Program-made: the position numbers and the translations under genes
Assembly: GCA_013265495.1 (NCBI GenBank)
Contig: MU058009.1
Coordinates: forward strand, 2,482,001-2,546,000
Length of the DNA stretch: 64,000 nucleotides
Direction: 5' to 3'
Origin: Vicugna vicugna
Lineage: Eukaryota
Shown: positions 58,501-64,000 of the stretch, piece after piece
Numbering within the stretch: the stretch's first letter is position 1
Layout of the letters: each line of letters opens with the position of its first letter
Notes under the pieces: model-generated
The model's input: the letters and a program-made list of their open reading frames with translations, nothing else
The model's database searches: none
What the model was told of the DNA's origin: nothing

Positions 58501-61500
58501 AGGCATCTGCCAGTCTCCCCTTGGAAACCGTCGATAACCAAATTCAAAACCCAGAAATAACTTGAGGGCTCTGATGAGGCACAGGTTAGCCTGGTTTACA
58601 TGTAAATAACTGTTATAACTCAATGTACTCATCTCTCCACTTCCAATCTGTAAATTGAGGGATCCGGAGGGCTGTCCACTCTAACTACACTGGTCCAGAA
58701 GTGGCCAGGAGCCCGGCTTCTGTGTCATTACTAAACAGACCAAACCTAGGACCCGCCATGGGACACAAAGACCCCCAAGAAATGTTCACACTTTCTTCCA
58801 AAGTTAAGGGGCTTGAGCGTGTGCTAGGCTAGATGTGTGATGTGGAAGCAGAGGGTGGGCAGCAGGGCACCGACGGGCTGGCCACCTGCAGCAGGGGCAG
58901 AACCCGCTCGGGGCCGGGGGGGCCGCGCTCCCCACTTACTCGGATGCGCTTGGCCCTGCGCATGTCGTCGGCCGTCAGCGTGCTCTGGGCGGGCAGCACG
59001 CTCTCCTCGTGCTGGGGCTGCAGCTGCAGGCTGTGCGTTTCCGGCTCGGGCTCCAGGGAGGCCTGGGGGTCCTGCGGCAGGGGCGGGATGGGGAGGGCGG
59101 GCGGCTCCGGCTGATCCAGCCCGTTCAGGGTCGCCGGCTCAGCCTCGTCAAGCTGCTCCTTGGTGGGAAAATGGAGCAAGTCCTGAAAGTTCAACAACCT
59201 GGAGTCGCGTCCCTGCCAGACAGAGGTGCGCGCTAGGCTCTAGGCCCGCTGCGCGTGTGCTCAGTGGCTGGGGCCGTCACGCTCAGTAAAAACATCCTCC
59301 TCCTGAGGAAGTCAAACCACCAACCACCCACAGGGCGTAAAAACTGTGACACAGTCCAGATCGCTTTGTGAGGATATGACTGACAGGACTCTTCTGGAAT
59401 AGCATGATTTTAATTGTTTAAACTAATTAAACGAAGTCTCCCAAAACTATCTCTGGACAGTTTCAAATCTTTTTTTTTTGTATTAATTTTCTTGGGGAGG
59501 TGGGGCAAATAAAGTCAGAATGCAGATATTAATAATAATGTCAGGCAAATGGAAGTTCAAACCAAAAACAATAATACAAGTAGAAAAAATATATAAATAT
59601 ATTATACCCATAATAATGTCAAAATGTATAATGAAAACATAATGATAATAAACCTCAATGCACATAAGCTGTGAAACAAACACATAAATCAAAAATAATT
59701 AGAAATTTAAGGATTTTCAAATCTTTAGGGCAGCAGAGTTGGGTGTTTGCTCTAAGTAACATTTAAAAATACATTCTTTTTTGTCCTCTAGTCAGATTTA
59801 ATTACAAGGCAGCAAAGCACTCGCAAGATGGGCTATCAATCCCTAAAGGTATCTGTATTTAAACCCTGTCTCCTGGAAGCCAGCATCCAGAGTAGCGCCT
59901 TCCTTCCCATCCCCCGTTACCTGGGCCCCATCATCACACTTCTCCCCGTTTTCACTGGTTATTTCCAAGCGGATAAATTTTGGAGGGCGCCCTGGCCGTC
60001 GACCTGGGCCAAACCGCCTCTTTCCTCGTCCTCTTCCTCTGCCTCTCGTTCTGGGGACAAGAGATTGGGTTAGAAACAGTCACGGTTACATAATACTCTA
60101 TAACAAATATTTCCAGAAATGACCCTCACTGACACCGAATCTTGATTTCCTCTCACTTTATTTCTCTTCCTGGTTCTGTTTTGCCAATGTATGTTTTCTA
60201 AATTTCTCATCTTTGCCATCTGTATAGCTCAAAAAGATGTCTTAAATTATTCAGGGAAAAAAAAGGAGCTTTAAGAATTCAGAAACTTGACACTATTTTG
60301 AAAATTCTTGACACTACTGAAAATTCTGAAGGCTCGAACGCATCTCTGAAATTCTGTGAGCAATGCAGACAGGACAGAACACGCTGAGCCTGGTGTATCC
60401 CAGAGACAAGATTCCAGTCTTCCAATTCCTTCTTTCCCCTTGCTCACTTCAGATCCCTTGCACGGAATGTGGCTGGAGTCAAAGGAACTTTCTTGCTTTA
60501 CTAGAAGCTCTGGAAGGTCAGAACAAATTCCTAATTCAAAGGTTCCATAGCATGTCTCATAAACAACCAAATAAGTTTTATCCCCTTTAACAGGTGTCTA
60601 ACATACAAAAACTCCTTAATAAAGGGGATTCAGAGTGTGTTATTAAAACCCCTTTTAGAAGACGCGTGTGTGTGAGATGTGTATAAACTCAATCAGATCT
60701 GCGCTTTACTCTTCCGCTCACCCATTTAACAATTATACAAAAGTTATGTATTTTTCCAAGAACTTTTAAAAGATTCTGTATTACAGGGAATTCTGAACCT
60801 ACACAAATATGGAGAACACTATAACGAGCCCAGCGTACACATTACCCCTCATTTCAGTCCTTATCAACTCACGGGCAGTTTCATTCCATCTATATCTGCA
60901 CCCACATACCCATTAGACTATCTTGAAGTAAATCCCAGACATCATTTCATCTGTTAATATTCCAGTATGTATCTCTAAAACATAAGGGCATATATATATA
61001 TATGTACACACAATACCACGATCACACCTAAAAAATAACTGACAGTTGCTCACTATTATTAAATCTAGTCAAGGTTCATGCTTTCCTAATTGCCTCAAGT
61101 TTCTTTTAACAGTTGGCTAACAAACATTTTTATCTACTGCGTGTCATGCACTGTGCTAGGTGCTAACGACGGCCAGTTAAATGCAGCAGTTTTTACCCTC
61201 GGAAGTTCGGCAGAGGCAGCAGGCATATAAGCCAAACCCACAACATAATATACAAAGTGTTCTAATAGAGCCGTGCCAGAGTTTTAGGGGTGTCCAGGAG
61301 GGAGTGACGGGACCCTCATCACGTCCTCCACCCACCCCAGACGTTGGCTCCTGGCTCACACCCCAGACCGCATCATCCCCGGTGCATACAGAACCCCCAG
61401 TCCCCCAGCCCCACGCCCTGACACTCTGACGCCGCCTCCAGACTTCCCAGCTCACGCCCCCGACGCTGGACTCAACAATCCTTCCTCCTCTCTCCCATCT

Positions 61501-62783
61501 CCAATCTGATCCTCCGTCACTTATTTGCATCCTGTGCACATCTTCTCTCCCTCCTTCCACTCATAAACTCCAAAGTCACTCACTGCAGTCACTCCTAGCC
61601 GCCCCACCGCTGCTTCATCACACTTGGTGAGCCCACACCCCCATGCCATCCAGCCCCCCGCCGCTCTGCACTGGCACCCTCTCAGGGAAAGACACTGGGC
61701 AACAGCAGTGCTCGGGACTCGCTTTTGTTTCAGGACCGTGAGCCTCAAGGGAGCTCTTAATGTCACAGGCGATCACCCGGGACTTGCCTGGAACATCTTC
61801 CTCCCACATTCCTCAGCACCATTTCACACCGTCTCCTCTCTTTTCAAATCCTGTAAAAGCCAGCAACCCCACATCTGTCCTGTTGGTACCACCCCATCCC
61901 AAACCACTCTCATTGTTCATCTGAACTGCTCAAGTAGCTTCCAGCTGGACTCCCTGTCTTCACTTTTGCTCCAAGATAAGCTGTTTGTCCACAGTGACAT
62001 TTAGAAATACTCAATCGACAGCACAGCAGGATTCGATCAGCACCCTCTGAAGATACAGAACGACGTCCAGATTTCTTGCCTGCCTGACCTAGCTGCCGCC
62101 TACCCCGCCTGCCAGGTTCTCCTTCATCTATCTTTCTCACACAGTGGAAATCCACCATGACTTAGTCTGATGAAGGAATCCTACCTCTGAAAAGAGTTTG
62201 AAAATCAGAAATGCAGATTATGTCAAAGGGGTACACCGTTTCACAAGTTCCTATTTCAGAATCTCTAGCCAGGGGAGATCTTACCGCGGTGGAAAGATCT
62301 CCCATGGCTGGGTACCGGTTATGCCGGAGAAGACGGAGGGACACGGGGAAATGACGGGTGACAAAGGGCCCCCGCAGCCGACCCGGTTACCTGTCCATAC
62401 ACACGCACGCACGCGCGCAGACACGCACATGTACACGCACGCACATGTACACGTGCGCGCGCGCACAGCACGCACAGAAACACATGCACGCACATGTACA
62501 CGTGCGCGCACGCACATGTATACGCGCGCACGCACATGTATACGCACGCACGCACACGCGGGCACACGCACGCACACGCATGCGCGCGCATCAGCTCGTC
62601 GGCAATCCGGAAATGGCAGCGGCCCTTTAAAGACGGGGTTTGTGACCCCTCCCCGCTCGTCGTACCTGCTAAACACGTCCAGTTTCTCGTCGTGAGAGTT
62701 GAGATGCTGCTGCAGCTGCTCCGAGCTGATAAAGCGGCGGTTACACTCGTAGCAGGGCCAGTTCTTCTCCTGCTCTCGAAGAA
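34337..62783 (-). CDS. PRDM10: PRDM10, 5'-truncated spliced CDS (15 exons incl. microexon; 10 C2H2 fingers and Q/T-rich tail; PR/SET domain outside the window)
   Basis: In-phase GT-AG exons from [13 protein letters not shown] to ...[13 protein letters not shown]; matches recalled PRDM10; NFRKB-PRDM10 tandem order as in human 11q24. Confidence 0.96.
35761..35826. repeat. Short AT-rich minisatellite of ctagttaat units
   Basis: Units of 20, 14, 20 and 12 nt. Confidence 0.8.
36602..36705 (-). CDS. PRDM10: PRDM10 penultimate exon ([13 protein letters not shown]...VKAVTP)
   Basis: gtttttcag|CA ... CCG|gtaagc; 104 nt. Confidence 0.95.
37145..38500 (+). mobile_element. Old L1MC/MD-type 3' fragment hosting a SINE
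   Basis: ctaaaaggaactagagcttcttggggaaatggctgattccag...; aaatccagaatgtggga...gacccagtttcttcaaca. Confidence 0.7.
37633..37764 (-). mobile_element. vic-1-type SINE
   Basis: Reverse-complement head; TSD gataaaa(t/c)tgttcttt at 37617-37632 and 37766-37781. Confidence 0.9.
39105..39322 (+). mobile_element. MIR SINE
   Basis: actctggagccaggttgcctgggttc...gcacatagtaagagct. Confidence 0.8.
39713..39869 (-). CDS. PRDM10: PRDM10 exon ([11 protein letters not shown]...NTWNSFRGY)
   Basis: ctttctag|GTG ... T|gtaagt; 157 nt. Confidence 0.93.
42163..42303 (-). CDS. PRDM10: PRDM10 exon ([10 protein letters not shown]...APAAPASQ)
   Basis: ctccctgcag|GCC ... CAG|gtacgc; 141 nt. Confidence 0.92.
43526..43696 (-). 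CDS. PRDM10: PRDM10 exon ([14 protein letters not shown]...VVQVAP)
   Basis: ttccctag|ACA ... CCG|gtactg; 171 nt. Confidence 0.93.
43850..44043 (+). mobile_element. 5'-truncated L1 3' end with A-tail
   Basis: tactgtacagcacagagaact...gctgtacaccagaaactgacacaacattgtaaactgactatacttcaataaaaa. Confidence 0.85.
44378..44521 (-). CDS. PRDM10: PRDM10 exon ([13 protein letters not shown]...TGETVV)
   Basis: ttcttcag|ACC ... GTG|gtaagc; 144 nt. Confidence 0.94.
45146..45346 (-). CDS. PRDM10: PRDM10 exon ([11 protein letters not shown]...[11 protein letters not shown])
   Basis: atttgcag|GTT ... AAG|gtatgg; 201 nt. Confidence 0.95.
46353..46463 (-). CDS. PRDM10: PRDM10 exon ([11 protein letters not shown]...FCQYCDK)
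   Basis: ttccctttag|GTA ... AAG|gtaaag; 111 nt. Confidence 0.95.
47356..47535 (-). CDS. PRDM10: PRDM10 exon ([13 protein letters not shown]...[14 protein letters not shown])
   Basis: ccaaatag|CGA ... CTG|gtcagt; 180 nt. Confidence 0.95.
48515..48625 (+). pseudogene. RNU6: Full-length U6 snRNA retrocopy, 5' part of a U6/L1 chimera
   Basis: Colinear with the 107-nt U6 by eye: 13 substitutions, no indels, all 7 CpGs decayed, ACAGAGA box intact at 48555-48561. Confidence 0.95.
48624..49165 (+). mobile_element. L1 3' end (ORF2 C-terminus, 3' UTR, A-tail) fused to U6
   Basis: Translates [32 protein letters not shown]...[10 protein letters not shown]; ends caactatacttcaattaaaaacaaaa. Confidence 0.93.
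52012..52167 (-). CDS. PRDM10: PRDM10 exon, ZF5 end, ZF6, ZF7 start (VKKHVRSFH...CGKQFK)
   Basis: actgccag|GTG ... AAG|gtacgt; 156 nt. Confidence 0.96.
53596..53943 (-). CDS. PRDM10: PRDM10 exon, ZF2-4 and start of ZF5 ([11 protein letters not shown]...FPDFIQ)
   Basis: gtctttcag|AAT ... CAG|gtgagt; 348 nt. Confidence 0.96.
54436..54615 (+). mobile_element. L1MB-type 3' UTR fragment
   Basis: ttgccaggggctggggg...gggtgatgagaatgttctggaacta...gatggttgtaacac. Confidence 0.75.
57355..57366 (-). CDS. PRDM10: PRDM10 12-nt microexon (LELQ), probably alternative
   Basis: ttttctctcctctaatgctgcctgctcag|TTGGAGCTGCAG|gtacgt; phase 0/0; gives KRIR-LELQ-NAALQ as recalled for a human isoform. Confidence 0.85.
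58940..59182 (-). CDS. PRDM10: PRDM10 exon ([10 protein letters not shown]...MRRAKRIR)
   Basis: actttcag|GAC ... CGA|gtaagt; 243 nt. Confidence 0.95.
59921..60050 (-). CDS. PRDM10: PRDM10 exon ([24 protein letters not shown]...DDGAQ), RG-rich / AT-hook-like
   Basis: tgtccccag|A ... CAG|gtaacg; 130 nt. Confidence 0.95.
60775..61115 (-). mobile_element. Old L1M 3' end
   Basis: tgaagtaaatcccagacatcatttcatctg...cagtatgtatctctaaaa...cacaataccacgatcacacctaa. Confidence 0.7.
61380..62010 (+). mobile_element. L2 relic
   Basis: C/T-rich L2-like body; approximate limits. Confidence 0.45.
62396..62591. repeat. Complex alternating purine-pyrimidine repeat (CA/CG/TA)
   Basis: Recurring gcacgcacatgta(c/t)ac units and (GC)n runs. 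Confidence 0.92.
62666..62783 (-). CDS. PRDM10: PRDM10 exon, ZF1 ([17 protein letters not shown]...LDVFS)
   Basis: gatgcag|TT ... AG|gtacga; 118 nt. Confidence 0.95.
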
Positions 62784-63042
62784 CTGCATCACAGGGGAGG
62801 AACCATGAAGGCTGGTGACCAATGAAGCACCAATGAAGCTCCAAAGCCCGGTCTCCCCCACACTCATCTCACACAGCCCCGTGCTCACAAACACCCGAAG
62901 TCCGCTGTTCGCATTGCTGCTTCGTTAAAAACTCAAAGGCTAGAGTTTGACAGACAGCAGTTTTTAGGATCCTCCTTTCTGATACATTCACATAAGACAT
63001 CAAGGGAACAAACACCCTTCTGTACCCTCTCTCCCACCCCCA

Positions 63043-63070
63043 ACACACACACACACACACACACACACAC
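63043..63070. repeat. (CA)n microsatellite
   Basis: About 14 perfect units. Confidence 0.95.
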
Positions 63071-63554
63071 GAAAGAGAAAGTGCTACACTAAAACCTGTA
63101 TTCAAAGAACCTAGTGATTCAGATCTAAGTTTCATAATCAGAGGGTAGATTTTATCACAAATAACTCAAAAATTAATGCCCAGTATAATTACTTTCAGGA
63201 AATGTTCAGAAGTACCTATTCAGACTGATTATATGCAAACCCTATGACCAGCAGGTTCCACTCCCACGTGTACACCCAATATAAATGCGCACACAAATTC
63301 GCTAAAGACATGTAAGAATGTTCACAGTGGCACCCTCAAAATATCCCCAAACTGCGAACGACTTGTTGCATAATAAAGAATTTTAAGAGTGGATAAAGAT
63401 TCTACGTAGGTAGGGATGCTGTCATATTTTCAAAAAATGAAAAAAAAATTAGAGATTCTCTTGATGGTTATAGCTTTGGCAATTTGTAGGGCTGCTTATA
63501 AGAGCGACAATGGTTTCTCATTTGGCTTTTGATTCAATAAAGTTACCCATCAAG

Positions 63555-64000
63555 AGGAAAAAAAAAAGAATTTTGCTGACTTTCGTCCTAGCACGGGAGC
63601 GGGGAGCCTCCTCTAAATCTTTGGGATTTCCCAAGTGATAGGTGTGTCTTTTGTTACTCCTGGTGATCTGGTGATCAGTGACCACATCCAAGTTCATGCC
63701 AACGAGACAACTCAGGACGGGCTGGCTGTGCCAGAAAGATCACCTGTCTGATGACAGGGCTGGGGCTTTGCGCCAGGTGGTGTCTGCAGGGAGGGGAGCG
63801 GGGGTGGAGAGCAAACTCAGTCACCGGCCAGTGATCCAATCAACCACGCCTGTGTGAAGATAAGCTGGATAAAAGCTTCGGACACAGGAGCTCAGGGGAG
63901 CCTCCCTGGTTGGTAGGCACACATCAATGCTTCAGGGGTGTGACTCAGCCTGAGGGCAGGGGAGCTTCACATTTGGGGCCCTCTCAAACCTTGCCCTAAG
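63555..64000 (+). mobile_element. MER21-like LTR, runs off the window edge
   Basis: ctctaaatctttgggatttcccaagtgatagg...gccagtgatccaatcaaccacgcct...cctccctggttggt. Confidence 0.7.

Noticed and set aside
62198..62894. Several long ORFs with HARTR/CVRA repeats
   Set aside because: Caused by the stop-poor RY repeat; only 62666-62783 is coding.
1..64000. Novel multi-gene system, CRISPR array or prokaryotic-type element
   Set aside because: All coding signal is explained by NFRKB and PRDM10; no repeat-spacer array and no intact transposase or reverse transcriptase ORF.

Overview
Mammalian genomic DNA, very probably a camelid (camel/alpaca/llama), judged from five tRNA-Ala-derived vic-1-type SINEs. 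Two genes lie in tandem on the minus strand. (1) NFRKB (INO80G) is complete: CpG-island promoter and non-coding first exon at about 30.4-30.6 kb, then 25 coding exons from ATG 28152 to TGA 2360. All junctions are GT-AG and in phase (3882 nt, 1293 aa). (2) PRDM10 is partial: 15 coding exons from 62783 to TAA 34337, with all ten C2H2 fingers and the Q/T-rich tail, plus a 3' UTR of about 2.8 kb ending near 31.5 kb. Its PR/SET exons lie beyond the right edge. Introns hold L1, L2, MIR, MER and LTR relics; repeat family names are from recall, not a database search. I found no new multi-gene system. The best second-look items are a U6 snRNA/L1 chimeric retrocopy, a 12-nt UGC-flanked PRDM10 microexon, a strong 5' splice site just past the PRDM10 poly(A) signals facing NFRKB, tandem SINEs with a triplicated target site, an exact 53-bp 3' UTR duplication, and apparent protein indels versus human. 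Human comparisons are from memory and need an alignment.
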